Shown: positions 31,765 through 42,144, counted from the whole stretch's first letter. The stretch: DNA of 63,155 nucleotides, filler included, from 5 parts of 5 records of this genome joined end to end with filler, not necessarily neighbours in it; one strand, 5' to 3'. A program made the numbers and translations. The notes: a model not told the origin generated them from the sequence alone.

Positions 31765-32446
31765 CGGGCCCCAGCCTGCGGTCTATTGTTTGTCGGATCG
31801 GGCAATTCAAATTGACTGGTCGCTGACTTCGATTGAAATCGCGAATCTGTCAACATTGCTTTCCGACAAGCTTTCGGCCGCGGGCTGGCCTGTTTTTCGG
31901 TGCGTTCCGGCCGATGAATCCCTGACCCTTTTGTTTTCGCAGGCGGTGAAGCCCCCGCACAGTGTTCAAACCATGGTGGCTGAACTGCTGCCCATGCTGG
32001 AAAAACTTTCAAAGCGGATTGGCAAACAACAGGCGATAGGTCGCCATCATTCGATTGTTGTGAACTACGGCGGCCTTGCGGGTCAGGACCTTGACTGGGT
32101 GGCAGCCCAAACCGGCTTGAGCACCAACGGTGTGATTGAACTCCACAGCAACGCAGTTTATACCGTCCAGTTTCTGGGTTTTTTGCCAGGCTTTGCATAC
32201 CTGACCGGCTTGCCGGAAATACTTCAATTTCCGCGCAGAAATTCCCCCAGGGCACGCGTGCCCGCAGGTACTTTGGCGATAGGCGCACACTACTGCGCTG
32301 TGTACCCGTGGGAAAGCCCGGGTGGCTGGCATTTGTTGGGTCATGTGGAGCAAGTTCTGTTCGACCCCGAAGCACAGGGTGATGCCGGTCATTCACTGTT
32401 TCAGGCAGGTGACACGGTTCAATTTGTGCAGGCAGATCATGCTTAA
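31745..32446 (+). CDS. pxpB: 5-oxoprolinase subunit B
   Basis: YGG..G.DL, FLGFLPGFAYL, PRARVPAG, YPWESPGGW. Confidence 0.88.
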   Translation: MASKPPDGPQPAVYCLSDRAIQIDWSLTSIEIANLSTLLSDKLSAAGWPVFRCVPADESLTLLFSQAVKPPHSVQTMVAELLPMLEKLSKRIGKQQAIGRHHSIVVNYGGLAGQDLDWVAAQTGLSTNGVIELHSNAVYTVQFLGFLPGFAYLTGLPEILQFPRRNSPRARVPAGTLAIGAHYCAVYPWESPGGWHLLGHVEQVLFDPEAQGDAGHSLFQAGDTVQFVQADHA

Positions 32447-33416
32447 ACTGGTTAAAGCGCAAGGGCAGGGCATTGTCAGCGACGCCGGGCGTTGGGGTTA
32501 TCAGCACGAGGGTGTGCCGGTTGGGGGTGTACTCGATGTGTTTTCCTACACAGTTGCCAATTGGGCCTTAGGCAATGCGGACAATGCGGCCTGCCTAGAA
32601 CTGATGGGGCAGTTTGATTTCGTGTGTGCCAAGCCCTGCAAGGTGCTTCTTGGCAATCGGGGTGCCAATGCGCTGTTGAACAACAAACCTGCGCCGTGCG
32701 GCCAGGTGCTGGTGTTGCAGGTGGGTGATGTGTTGCGAACACTGCCACCCCGCCTTGGGTTCTGGAACATGCTTTGCCTTGGGGGTGGGGTGGATGTACC
32801 TGTGGTGATGGGCTCCAGAAGTACCTGCATTCCTGGGGGTTTTGGCGGGTTTCATGGCAGGGCTTTGCTGGTGGGTGACGAAATTCATGCGGGCGACTTG
32901 CATTCAGGCTGTCGCTTGAATCCCACTTTGCGCCTGGCCATGCCAAAGGCTGTTCTCGATCCGGCAGAGCCCTTGCTGGTGCATTGCTTGCCGGGTCCAG
33001 AATTTGAATCGCTTGGTGAAGAAAGCCGAGACCTGTTTCAAACCCAATGGTATTTGCTTTGCGACAAAAGCAGCCGAATGGGTTATCGGCTGGAGGATGC
33101 AAAGGCGAACTTGGTTTTGAAAGTACCCTTGTCGTTGCGGTCGCATGCGGTACACCCCGGCATTGTGCAGTTGCCGCCAAGTGGGCAGCCCTTGGTGTTG
33201 TTGAGCGAATCGCAGGTAACTGGCGGTTATCCGCGCATTGCCAGCGTGCTGGGCTGCGACCTTTGGAAGTTTGCACACCTTGGCGCCGGGCAAAGCGTGC
33301 AATGGGTATTGGTTGATACGGTACAGGCCATGCGCGTACAGTTACTCCATGACAAGGAATTGGAACGCTATCAACATGCTATCGAATCCGGTTTTAGCCA
33401 AAATCATAATGATTAA
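32439..33416 (+). CDS. pxpC: 5-oxoprolinase subunit C
   Basis: DAGRWGYQHEGVP.GG.LD, ANWALGN, MGSRST, SSRMGYRL, QVTGGYP. Confidence 0.9.
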   Translation: MLKLVKAQGQGIVSDAGRWGYQHEGVPVGGVLDVFSYTVANWALGNADNAACLELMGQFDFVCAKPCKVLLGNRGANALLNNKPAPCGQVLVLQVGDVLRTLPPRLGFWNMLCLGGGVDVPVVMGSRSTCIPGGFGGFHGRALLVGDEIHAGDLHSGCRLNPTLRLAMPKAVLDPAEPLLVHCLPGPEFESLGEESRDLFQTQWYLLCDKSSRMGYRLEDAKANLVLKVPLSLRSHAVHPGIVQLPPSGQPLVLLSESQVTGGYPRIASVLGCDLWKFAHLGAGQSVQWVLVDTVQAMRVQLLHDKELERYQHAIESGFSQNHND

Positions 33417-34140
33417 TGCCGACCTGGGCGAAGGTTGTGCGCACGATGCAGAGCTGTTCAAACTGGTGGATTGGGCCAATATTGCCTGCGGTGGTCATGC
33501 GGGCGACGAACAAAGTATTTGGCGTGCGTGCGCACTTGCACTTGAACACAATGTTCAGGTGGGTGCACACCCCAGTTACCCCGACAAGGCCGGGTTTGGG
33601 CGTAAAAAACCTGAAGGGGATGTTGCCCAGTTGTTGGATGAACTGAAGCGGCAAATGGATTTGTTCGAAAACATTGCTGCAAAAACTGGATGCACCACAT
33701 CGCATTTCAAGCCGCACGGCCAGTTGTACAACGATGCGGCCTTTGATCCGGAAACAGCAGCATTGCTGATTGAACTGGCAAAAGCTTACCCGCATTTAAG
33801 GCTTCTCGCCCTGGCGGAAAGCCCGCAGGTAGAATTGACCCGTGCGCAGGGCATTGCAGTGATTGAGGAAGCATTTCCCGACCGGGCTTACCAGGCCAAT
33901 GGTGCTTTGGTGCCCCGTAGCCAGCCAGGGGCTGTTCTTGAAGACCCAAAGAAGGTCAAGGTTCAGGCAGCAGCCCTGATGCGGATGGGGCCGATTGAAT
34001 GCATCGATGGTTCAAGCCGGGTAATACAGGCCCAAACGCTGTGCGTACATGGCGATACCGAACAGGCGGTGGCCAATGCCCGAGCCGTTCGTTTGGCCGT
34101 TGAGGAACACGATCGTGACGCGTTTAGCGGGGCGAATTGA
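33409..34140 (+). CDS. pxpA: 5-oxoprolinase subunit A (LamB/YcsF)
   Basis: INADLGEG, ANIACGGHAGD, GAHPSYPD..GFGR, KPHGQLYN, TLCVHGD. Confidence 0.93.
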   Translation: MINADLGEGCAHDAELFKLVDWANIACGGHAGDEQSIWRACALALEHNVQVGAHPSYPDKAGFGRKKPEGDVAQLLDELKRQMDLFENIAAKTGCTTSHFKPHGQLYNDAAFDPETAALLIELAKAYPHLRLLALAESPQVELTRAQGIAVIEEAFPDRAYQANGALVPRSQPGAVLEDPKKVKVQAAALMRMGPIECIDGSSRVIQAQTLCVHGDTEQAVANARAVRLAVEEHDRDAFSGAN

Positions 34141-34591
34141 TTTCCGGAACCGGCAGGGTAACGTGGTCTGGAATGCCCTGAACTGGAACATACCTTACGT
34201 TCAAAGGCGCTAAACCATGTTTTTCCCTGGCCTGGTTGCACCGGGGGTTCAATTCCCCTTGGGCATCAAACACATCGTATTCACGACAAGGGGAGGGGCG
34301 GTTTTCATAAATGGAGCAGCTCACCGACTCGCCAACATTGCCCACCAAAGCGATGCAGCGCGGCTTGCTCTGCGAGCTGCCCTTCATGCAACTGCGATAC
34401 AGGTTCATTTGTTCGGTCAGCTCGACCGGCACAACCCCACCTTCGGCCGCCGTGGTTTCACCCCAATAAAAGCTGATCCGGAAAGTTGAGCAGCACACGC
34501 CGCAGCTTTGACACAGGGCTTCAACGCCGGCGCCATCAACAATGAACGTGGTTGGATTTGACTGCATTTTTACCTCTGAAAAAACAGCCAT
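34124..34591 (-). CDS. YkgJ family Cys-cluster protein
   Basis: CQSCGVCC..FRISFYWGE, RCIAL.G, CSIYENRPSPCR, CNQAR. Confidence 0.88.
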   Translation of the reverse strand: MAVFSEVKMQSNPTTFIVDGAGVEALCQSCGVCCSTFRISFYWGETTAAEGGVVPVELTEQMNLYRSCMKGSSQSKPRCIALVGNVGESVSCSIYENRPSPCREYDVFDAQGELNPRCNQAREKHGLAPLNVRYVPVQGIPDHVTLPVPEINSPR

Positions 34592-34746
34592 AGGGGGAGT
34601 TGCGCGAATATATTCTTAGCGCAGGCGCAAAGCAAGAAATATTTTCACGCCACGTCGCTCCACCAAACAAGCAAATCGTAAGGTACTGAGGCTACAATAG
34701 GGAAAACCATTATAAAAACCATTTCTGCCCAGCAAATGGAGACATT

Positions 34747-36708
34747 GTGAATCGACCGAATGCCGCACCCGTGGCAGATCAGGGACCAAATACCCTTGAA
34801 TCTGGCAGCCCAAAAACAAGCCCGTCTGGCCAAATACTGGACTACATCAAACAACGGTTGACCAAACACGCCCCTTTCAGTGAAATTCCTTTAAAGGATC
34901 TTGACTGTTTGCTGGAGGGTTGCGCCGAAACATACTTCGCACCCAACGAAGTGATTGTTCGCCCTGAAGATGGTCCACCGCCTTACCTGTATTACGTAGA
35001 AAAAGGTTCTGCTGTTGGTCGAAAAGGTTTGGCGGATTTGTCGTCGACCGGTTTTCAGTATGAAGCCGGTGAAATGTTCCCGGTGAATGCTTTTTTGGCC
35101 AAAAGGGCAGTAACCGCTACTTACAGCGCCCGGGAAGACACTTTTTGCCTGATGTTCACTTTCGATAGTGTGCAGGCACTTGCCCGCAAAAGCCCTGTGT
35201 TCTCTGATTATTTGACCCGGCGCACCATGCAGTTTCTGGACTTGTCCAGAAAGGCGATTCAGGTGGCTTATTCTTCACAAACACTGGCCGAGCAAACGCT
35301 GGAAAAACCCCTGCGCGACGTGTGTCGACACGAGCCGTTTTCCTGTTCCGCCAGCACACCGTTGAAGCAGGTGTTGGAAGTGATGCACGAGCACCGAATC
35401 GGTTCCATGATTGTGGTGAATGACACCATGGAAGTGGAGGGAATTCTGACCCGTCAGGACGTGCTTTCACGCGTGGCCATGGCTCAAAAACCACTGAGCA
35501 CCGAGATATCGGAAGTGATGAACGCCCCCGTGCATACGCTCGATGAAACAATGACCGCGCAGGATGCTGCGTTGTTGATGTCGCGCTTTGGCATTCGCCA
35601 CGTGCCTGTAACCCGGCATGGAAAATTAAGCGGCATTGTGTCTGAACGTGACATTTTTGCCATGCAGCGCTTGTCGCTCAAACAGATCAGCAGCAACATT
35701 CGATCGGCCCAGGATGTCGAGATGTTGCGAGCCTGCGCCAACGAGATACGCAGTTTTGCCAAAAACTTGCTGGGCCAGGGCATTGCAGCCAAACAATTGA
35801 CCGAACTGATCAGCCACCTGAACGACGTGCTGACCGAGAGAATTCTTGAAGTGGTGGGTAACCGCATGGGGATTGATCCCGCTACCTATTGTTGGCTTAG
35901 TTTTGGTTCCGAGGGCCGTTCTGAACAGACCATCGCTACTGACCAGGACAACGGCCTGCTGTTCATCAGCAACCAACCGGATACCGATCGCCCCCGTTGG
36001 CTGGCTTTTGGCAAGGAAGTGAATCAAACCCTGGACCAGTGTGGTTACCCGCTGTGCAAAGGCAACATCATGGCCAGCAACCCGGAATGCTGCCTGACGG
36101 CAGGCGAATGGCTCAACAAGTTTGCCCGCTGGATCGATGTAGCTACCCCAGAGAACCTGTTGCGCGTCAATATCTTCTTTGATCTCCGCCCCTTGGCCGG
36201 CAACAAGGAATTGGCAACGCCACTTCGCGACTACATTGTTACCCGCGCCAAAGAGTCCACGATTTTTCTGCACCTGTTGGCCGAGAACATTATGCGTTTC
36301 CGCCCACCATTGACCTGGCATGGCAGTATCGACACCACCGAAATTGACGGTGTGCGAACGCTTGACCTGAAGAAGCATGGCACAGCAGTATTTGTCGATG
36401 CCGCCCGGTTTTTCTCGCTTGTTTTTGGCATCGACGAAGTGAACACACGCAAACGTTTTGAGGCGGTGGCCAAACGCTTAAGCGTGGAAGAACAGCGCCG
36501 CGATGCCTGGGTAAGTGCATTTGAATTTTTGCAGATGATGCGCCTGCGAATTCAGCTGGACGAAGGTGTGGCCGTGCCCGACTTGCCCGATCAACCCAAC
36601 GTGGTGAACTACGATGTGCTGGACAACATTGACCGCCGCATATTGAAGGAATGTTTCAGGGTAGGGCGCCGTTTGCAACAGCGCATTGAAACGGAGCACA
36701 TGCGTTGA
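34747..36708 (+). CDS. cNMP-binding + CBS pair + DUF294 (GlnE-like) nucleotidyltransferase
   Basis: N-terminal cNMP-like fold, two CBS repeats, GSEGRSEQTIATDQDNGL NTase motif, CKGNIMASNP, DLKKHG. Confidence 0.9.
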   Translation: MNRPNAAPVADQGPNTLESGSPKTSPSGQILDYIKQRLTKHAPFSEIPLKDLDCLLEGCAETYFAPNEVIVRPEDGPPPYLYYVEKGSAVGRKGLADLSSTGFQYEAGEMFPVNAFLAKRAVTATYSAREDTFCLMFTFDSVQALARKSPVFSDYLTRRTMQFLDLSRKAIQVAYSSQTLAEQTLEKPLRDVCRHEPFSCSASTPLKQVLEVMHEHRIGSMIVVNDTMEVEGILTRQDVLSRVAMAQKPLSTEISEVMNAPVHTLDETMTAQDAALLMSRFGIRHVPVTRHGKLSGIVSERDIFAMQRLSLKQISSNIRSAQDVEMLRACANEIRSFAKNLLGQGIAAKQLTELISHLNDVLTERILEVVGNRMGIDPATYCWLSFGSEGRSEQTIATDQDNGLLFISNQPDTDRPRWLAFGKEVNQTLDQCGYPLCKGNIMASNPECCLTAGEWLNKFARWIDVATPENLLRVNIFFDLRPLAGNKELATPLRDYIVTRAKESTIFLHLLAENIMRFRPPLTWHGSIDTTEIDGVRTLDLKKHGTAVFVDAARFFSLVFGIDEVNTRKRFEAVAKRLSVEEQRRDAWVSAFEFLQMMRLRIQLDEGVAVPDLPDQPNVVNYDVLDNIDRRILKECFRVGRRLQQRIETEHMR

Positions 36709-37439
36709 GTACAACGGCACCCGGTCAATTGTTACCAGTACAAGGGTGGGCGACTTACATCAAGCACCGCTTGTCGCACAGCCTCGATTTCTCGAGCCCC
36801 AACCCCGATCGCTGGGTCGTGGTCGACGTGGAGTCATCGGGCTTGAATCCGAAAAAAGACCGCCTTATTTCGATTGCCGCCACGGCGATTGAATTTGATT
36901 CGCAGCGCCGCCCGCGAATTTCGCTGACCGACACCTTTGAAGTGGTGATCAAGCAGCCACCTGAAATTGTCGACATGATCGAATTCGAAGCCATCGACAA
37001 AGGCAACATCCTGATTCATGGCATCGGCATTGGTGCCCAGCAGGGTGGGGTGCGTGCAGAATTGGCGCTTGGCGAGTTTTTGCACTATGTGGGCGATTCA
37101 CCCTTGATTGCCTTTCACAGCTGGTTTGATGAAATTTTGATCAACAAAGCCATGCGCAGGGTGCTTGGGCGGTCCACGCACAAACACTGGCTTGACCTTG
37201 AGCATTTGGCGGCGGTATTGCACAAGGAAAACCATCAGCTTCCGCTGGATGTGTGGATGCAGCGTTATGGCATTGAATGTGAGCAACGCCACCAAGCCAC
37301 GGCCGATGTACTGGCCACTGCGCAATTGCTGATGAAACTATGGCCCATGTTGCAAAAGCGAAAGGCGATTGACTGGAAGGGCGTGAAAACAATTGCCAAT
37401 GGCCTGAAAACCTTGCCAGGGCGAAACTTGCCCACCTGA
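36705..37439 (+). CDS. DEDDh 3'-5' exonuclease (DnaQ-like)
   Basis: VVVDVESSGL, HGI, AFHSWFD, RHQATADV; 4-nt overlap with the DUF294 gene. Confidence 0.88.
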   Translation: MSTTAPGQLLPVQGWATYIKHRLSHSLDFSSPNPDRWVVVDVESSGLNPKKDRLISIAATAIEFDSQRRPRISLTDTFEVVIKQPPEIVDMIEFEAIDKGNILIHGIGIGAQQGGVRAELALGEFLHYVGDSPLIAFHSWFDEILINKAMRRVLGRSTHKHWLDLEHLAAVLHKENHQLPLDVWMQRYGIECEQRHQATADVLATAQLLMKLWPMLQKRKAIDWKGVKTIANGLKTLPGRNLPT

Positions 37440-37489
37440 TTTTCAGCTATCCTGAAAGGTGGTCTGATTTCCACCCAATTGTTGTTCAA

Positions 37490-38527
37490 ATGCACGATTT
37501 TTCCAGCTATGCCCTGATTATTGACGCCCGTTCGCCCCGCGAGTATGAAGAAGATCACATACCAGGTGCCGTCAACATGCCTGTGGTGAACAACGACGAA
37601 TACGCTGAAGTGGGCACACTGCACCGAACTGACAAAATGGCGGCATACAGCATTGGTGTGCGCTATTCGCTCGCCAATATTGCGCGCCACTTAAGCGATG
37701 ACCTGCCCAAATACCCCAAAGATGGCAAAGTGTTGGTGTACTGCTTCCGGGGCGGCAAGCGAAGCAAGTTGTGGTTTGATGCGCTTGAAACCATTGGCTA
37801 CGATGTTCAAAAACTTCAAGGTGGCTGGAAGGCGTATCGCCGTTGGGTGAACGAGCAACTGGAAACAGCCCCCACGCAATTTAACTACCATGTTTTAAGT
37901 GGCCCCACAGGTTGCGGCAAAACCCGCTTGCTTTACGCGCTGCGCGACGCAGGCTGTCAGGTGGTCGATCTGGAAGCGATTGCAAGGCACCGTGGATCAA
38001 TTATTGGTGCGGTGCCCGGTACGCCGCAGCCCACGCAAAAATACTTCGATACCTTATTGCTGCAAGAGTTTGCAAAGTGCGACCCCGCCAGACCAATCTG
38101 GGTGGAAGCGGAAAGCAAGAAAATTGGCAATGTTCAATTGCCAGCTTCACTGCTCGACGCCATGCGCGCGGGCAAAACCATTCGCCTGCATGTCGATATG
38201 CAGCAGCGGGTTTCGCTTTGGCGAGAAGACTACAAACATTTTGAAGAAGACCCTGAAGGCATGCTGGAGCGCCTTCGCTTCATCCGTAGCCTGGTGGGTG
38301 GCAAGGAATACGAAGAATGGGAAAAACTGGCCGCTGAACGCCAAATGCCCGAGTTATTTGAACGCTTGATGCGCAACCACTACGACCCGGCGTACCGGCG
38401 ATCCATCTTGCGGGAATACCCCAACATTGATTCATCGCCCCTGATCGAGCTTGATGATTTGTCACCGGCTGGTTTGCTGGAAGTGGCGAAAAAAATTCGT
38501 GAACAATACGACTTGCCCAGCTGTTAA
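37490..38527 (+). CDS. mnmH: tRNA 2-selenouridine synthase
   Basis: Rhodanese domain (DARSPREY..DHIPGA, YCFRGGKRS, GGWKAYR), P-loop GPTGCGKT, DLE.IA.HRGS, HYDPAY. Confidence 0.93.
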   Translation: MHDFSSYALIIDARSPREYEEDHIPGAVNMPVVNNDEYAEVGTLHRTDKMAAYSIGVRYSLANIARHLSDDLPKYPKDGKVLVYCFRGGKRSKLWFDALETIGYDVQKLQGGWKAYRRWVNEQLETAPTQFNYHVLSGPTGCGKTRLLYALRDAGCQVVDLEAIARHRGSIIGAVPGTPQPTQKYFDTLLLQEFAKCDPARPIWVEAESKKIGNVQLPASLLDAMRAGKTIRLHVDMQQRVSLWREDYKHFEEDPEGMLERLRFIRSLVGGKEYEEWEKLAAERQMPELFERLMRNHYDPAYRRSILREYPNIDSSPLIELDDLSPAGLLEVAKKIREQYDLPSC

Positions 38528-38940
38528 ACCACCAACAAAACCAGCTTTGCGCGAATGCCCGCCGGTATTGGCGTGGGCGTGTTGCTGGCCTTGTTCACAA
38601 ACACGTGAATGAAATAGCCCTCGGCACACAATTCGCCCGTGGCGTTGAACAGCCCTAGTTCATAACGCACGGAACTGTTGCCCAGCTTGCCCACGCGCAG
38701 GCCTGCTGTAACGGGTTCCGGGTAGGCCAGTGGCTTTAGGTATTTGCACTGGCTTTCCACCACAAAACCCACCACCTCGCTGTTGTGAATGTCCAGCCCG
38801 CCTTGCTCAATCAGGTAGCGGTTCACCACGCTGTCAAAGTAGCTGTAGTACACCACATTGTTTACATGGCCGTAGATGTCGTTGTCGTGCCAACGGGTTT
38901 GAACCAGTTGGTGCAGGGGGTATTGGGCCAAAGTGGTCAT
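38524..38940 (-). CDS. Acyl-CoA thioesterase (4HBT/YbgC family)
   Basis: TRWHDNDIYGHVNNVVYYSYFD, LGNSSVRY. Confidence 0.92.
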   Translation of the reverse strand: MTTLAQYPLHQLVQTRWHDNDIYGHVNNVVYYSYFDSVVNRYLIEQGGLDIHNSEVVGFVVESQCKYLKPLAYPEPVTAGLRVGKLGNSSVRYELGLFNATGELCAEGYFIHVFVNKASNTPTPIPAGIRAKLVLLVV

Positions 38941-38960
38941 GGGTTTGTTTTGGAATTGTT

Positions 38961-40133
38961 TTAATAAGCGGCTTGATAAATAGCCAGTGCATCTGCCTCG
39001 GCAACTTCTCGTGGGTTGTTGCTCAGCAAGCGGGTTTGCTGCATGGCGGCGCTGGCCATGGTGGGCAAGTCTTTCTCGGCAATGCCCACTTCTCGAAGCC
39101 CTTCCGGCAAGCCGGTTGAAGGCGACAAGGTGGCTGTGTAGTCGATGAATGCCTGCGCCAGTTGGGCCTGGCTGTCGCCGTGATGACCCAGCTTCAACAC
39201 CTGTGCCAGTTCAGCGTATTGCTGTTCAGCAGCTGGCAAATTGAAGCGAAGTACATGGGGCAACACCAGTGAATTGCTCAAGCCATGCGGCACATGAAAA
39301 ATGCCGCCGATTGGATACGCTAATGCATGCACCGCGCCCACGGGTGCGTTGGCAAAGGCCTGGCCTGCCATGCAAGAACCCAGCATCATGGCTTGGCGTG
39401 CTTCGCGGTTGGCCGGTTCCTTGCACACGGTGTGCAGGTTCGCGGCCAGCAGGCGCAGTGCCTCGCAGGCCAGAAAATCAGCATAGGGGTTTTTCAGGCG
39501 CTTGCTGGTGTAAGCCTCAATGGCATGCACCATGGCATCAATGCCGGTTGCAGCGGTTACATGCTGTGGCAGGCTGAGGGTCCAATCTGCATCCAGCACC
39601 GCGAGGTCACCGTACAACACTGGCGACACCACGCCCATTTTCGTATCCACGCCCGTGGTTACAATTGAAATCGGTGTTACTTCACTGCCAGTACCGGCGG
39701 TGGTGGGCACCAGCACCAGGGGCAGGCGATCGCTGTGCACATTGCCCACGCCGTACATGGTTTTTAGTGCTTGTTTGCCCCGCGCCAAAATTGCAATCAG
39801 CTTGGCCACATCCAGTGTAGAACCGCCACCAATTGCCACCACTACATCGGCTTTGAAATCCATGGCCAGTGCGCTTACCCGGTGCACCAAGGCTTCGGGC
39901 GGGTCGGGTTCCACGTCGTTGGAAATGTGAACGGCATGGCCAGCGGACACCAAGTTCTCGCAAATGGTTTTGAAGGTGGCTGTGCCGGAAATAAACGGGT
40001 CGACCAGCATGAAAATTCGCGCAGTTTTCATGCTGTGCTGGGTCAGCAATGGCGCGAGCAATTCCGCCATGCGAACGGAGCTTCCCGATTCACACACAAT
40101 GCGGTTGACTGTTCGAAATTCAAACGGGGCCAT
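38961..40133 (-). CDS. Iron-containing alcohol dehydrogenase
   Basis: GGGSTLD, PTTAGTGSE, DAMVHAIE, HALAY, PHG. Confidence 0.94.
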   Translation of the reverse strand: MAPFEFRTVNRIVCESGSSVRMAELLAPLLTQHSMKTARIFMLVDPFISGTATFKTICENLVSAGHAVHISNDVEPDPPEALVHRVSALAMDFKADVVVAIGGGSTLDVAKLIAILARGKQALKTMYGVGNVHSDRLPLVLVPTTAGTGSEVTPISIVTTGVDTKMGVVSPVLYGDLAVLDADWTLSLPQHVTAATGIDAMVHAIEAYTSKRLKNPYADFLACEALRLLAANLHTVCKEPANREARQAMMLGSCMAGQAFANAPVGAVHALAYPIGGIFHVPHGLSNSLVLPHVLRFNLPAAEQQYAELAQVLKLGHHGDSQAQLAQAFIDYTATLSPSTGLPEGLREVGIAEKDLPTMASAAMQQTRLLSNNPREVAEADALAIYQAAY

Positions 40134-40174
40134 GTGATTGTCTCCTCGATGTAGCGGGGCAGCAGTTTTTTATT

Positions 40175-40669
40175 TTAGCTCTTGCGCTTGGGTGTCCAGG
40201 CCCAAATTGCGCGAACAAAGATCGGTTCTTTGCTTTCGCCATCGGTAATGGTCACTGCAACATCCACTTCACCCCGTTCTTCGGTTTGCATCATGGTGAT
40301 TTGTTCTGCGGTCAGCATGGCTTCGGCGCGCATGTCGCCTGTTGCACGCTTGCGGTAATCCACTTCCATGCGCTTGATCACGGGTATTGCATTGGCCGGT
40401 ACGTTCAAACCGACCAGTGCGCCGGTGGCTGATTCCGCAATCATGATCATCGCCACGGCATGCACGGTACCCAGGTGGTTTTGCACGCTGGACCGGTTTT
40501 TAATCACCACAATGGAATGGTTTGGCTCAATCCATTCAAATTTCAAACCCGTGGTTTTGAAGTATTTGACCGCACGGCCAAACAGCAAGGTAAAGGCACG
40601 GGTTTTCAAAGGTGTGGGCAGTTTGTCAACTTGCGCGTACACCTTTTGCAGCATCGATTTTTGTGTCAT
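40175..40669 (-). CDS. DUF4442/PaaI-like hot-dog protein
   Basis: VQNHLGTVHA.A...AESATG, Y.KRATG, WAW. Confidence 0.82.
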   Translation of the reverse strand: MTQKSMLQKVYAQVDKLPTPLKTRAFTLLFGRAVKYFKTTGLKFEWIEPNHSIVVIKNRSSVQNHLGTVHAVAMIMIAESATGALVGLNVPANAIPVIKRMEVDYRKRATGDMRAEAMLTAEQITMMQTEERGEVDVAVTITDGESKEPIFVRAIWAWTPKRKS

Positions 40670-40683
40670 TTTTCTATTCGCTT

Positions 40684-41050
40684 TTAAAGGGTTACGGCCA
40701 GGCGAGTGGCTTGGTTGATTGCGCGTTTTGCATCCAGTTCTGCGGCCACCGATGAGCCACCCACCAAATGCACTGGTATACCCAATGCTTCAATTGGTTC
40801 GACCAGTTCACGCAGAGGGTCTTGGCCTGCGCACACAACAATATTGTCTACTTCCAGAATTTGCGGGCCGTGCGCGCTCATCACATGCAAACCGCGGTCA
40901 TCAATCTTCAAATATTCAACACCCTGCATGAAGTGCACCCGGCGACTTTTCAAGCTGGCCTTGTGCACCCAGCCGGAAGTTTTGCCAAGGCGTTTGCCCA
41001 GTGGTTCGTCTTTGCGCTGGCACAACCATACTTCACGCGCAGGTTTGGGG
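40684..41050 (-). CDS. fadH: NADPH-dependent 2,4-dienoyl-CoA reductase, C-terminal fragment
   Basis: QRK..GKRLGKTSGWVH, IDDRGLH, VVCAGQ, ELDAKRAI. Confidence 0.9.
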
Positions 41051-41150
41051 NNNNNNNNNNNNNNNNNNNNNNNNNNNNNNNNNNNNNNNNNNNNTTAATT
41101 AATTAANNNNNNNNNNNNNNNNNNNNNNNNNNNNNNNNNNNNNNNNNNNN
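41051..41150. other. Artificial contig spacer
   Basis: N run with TTAATTAATTAA. Confidence 0.98.
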
Positions 41151-42144
41151 ATGCTGCCGCCTGCCCGGACCAGAGCGAGGTGAAATCGCCCGATCCGGCT
41201 TTTTCCGCTTTGGCCTTCAACGGCGCGAGGGCGGCACCGGCGGTCGGAAAGGGCGGGGTCTTGTCCGAGATGGGCCCGACCTCCCGGATCACCCGGTTGA
41301 TCAACCCGCGTGCCGGCTTTCCGGAGAACACATTTGTGATGACCGTTTGGTCATCCTTCGCCTGATGAAGGGCCGCACGATGGATGTCGCTGATCAGGGA
41401 TTGCGGCGTAAACAGATACGCGGTGCCAATCTGCACACCGGAAGCGCCCAAGGCGAAAGCCGCCGCGATACCCCGCCCATCTGCAATGCCGCCCGCCGCG
41501 ATAACCGGCACTTTTACGGCATCAACCACCTGCGGCAGAAGCGCCATGGTGCCCGCCTGCGCCGTCACATCCTTGGTCAGGAACATGCCGCGATGACCGC
41601 CTGCTTCAGAACCTTGCGCGATAATGGCATCGCAGCCATTGGCTTCGAGCCACCGGGCCTCCGCAACTGTTGTCGCGCTGGAAAGAACGCGGGCGCCTGC
41701 CGCCTTGACCCGCGCGAGCAGGGAGGCGTCGGGCAGGCCGAAATGAAAACTGACCACCTTTGGCTTGATATCCTCGACTAGGGCGCACATGCCCTCATCA
41801 AAGGCGCGGCGAATGGGCGCGGGCGCGACATCGGAAGGATCAAGTCCGTATTCCGTATAGAAAGGCGCGAGCTGTGCTGACCATTCTGCCTGTTGCTCCG
41901 GTGTCGGCGCAACGGCGGTATGACAGAAGAAATTCATGCCGAACGGATTTGTGGTTTGCTGGCGAATGACGCCCGCTTCAGCGCGAATCTGGTCTTCGCT
42001 TAGCATGGCGCAGGGAAGGGACCCGAGGCCGCCCGCCTCACTTACCGAAATCGCCAGCGCCGAGCCGTTCGCGCCTGCCATGGGAGCCTGAATAATCGGC
42101 ACCTCTATTTGAAGCAGATCAAGCAGTCTCTCATCCGGCCACAT
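41151..42144 (-). CDS. Nitronate monooxygenase family flavoprotein, 3'-truncated
   Basis: PIIQAPMAG, VSFHFGLP, QGSEAGGHRG, IAAGGIADGRG, SLWSGQ. Confidence 0.92.
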
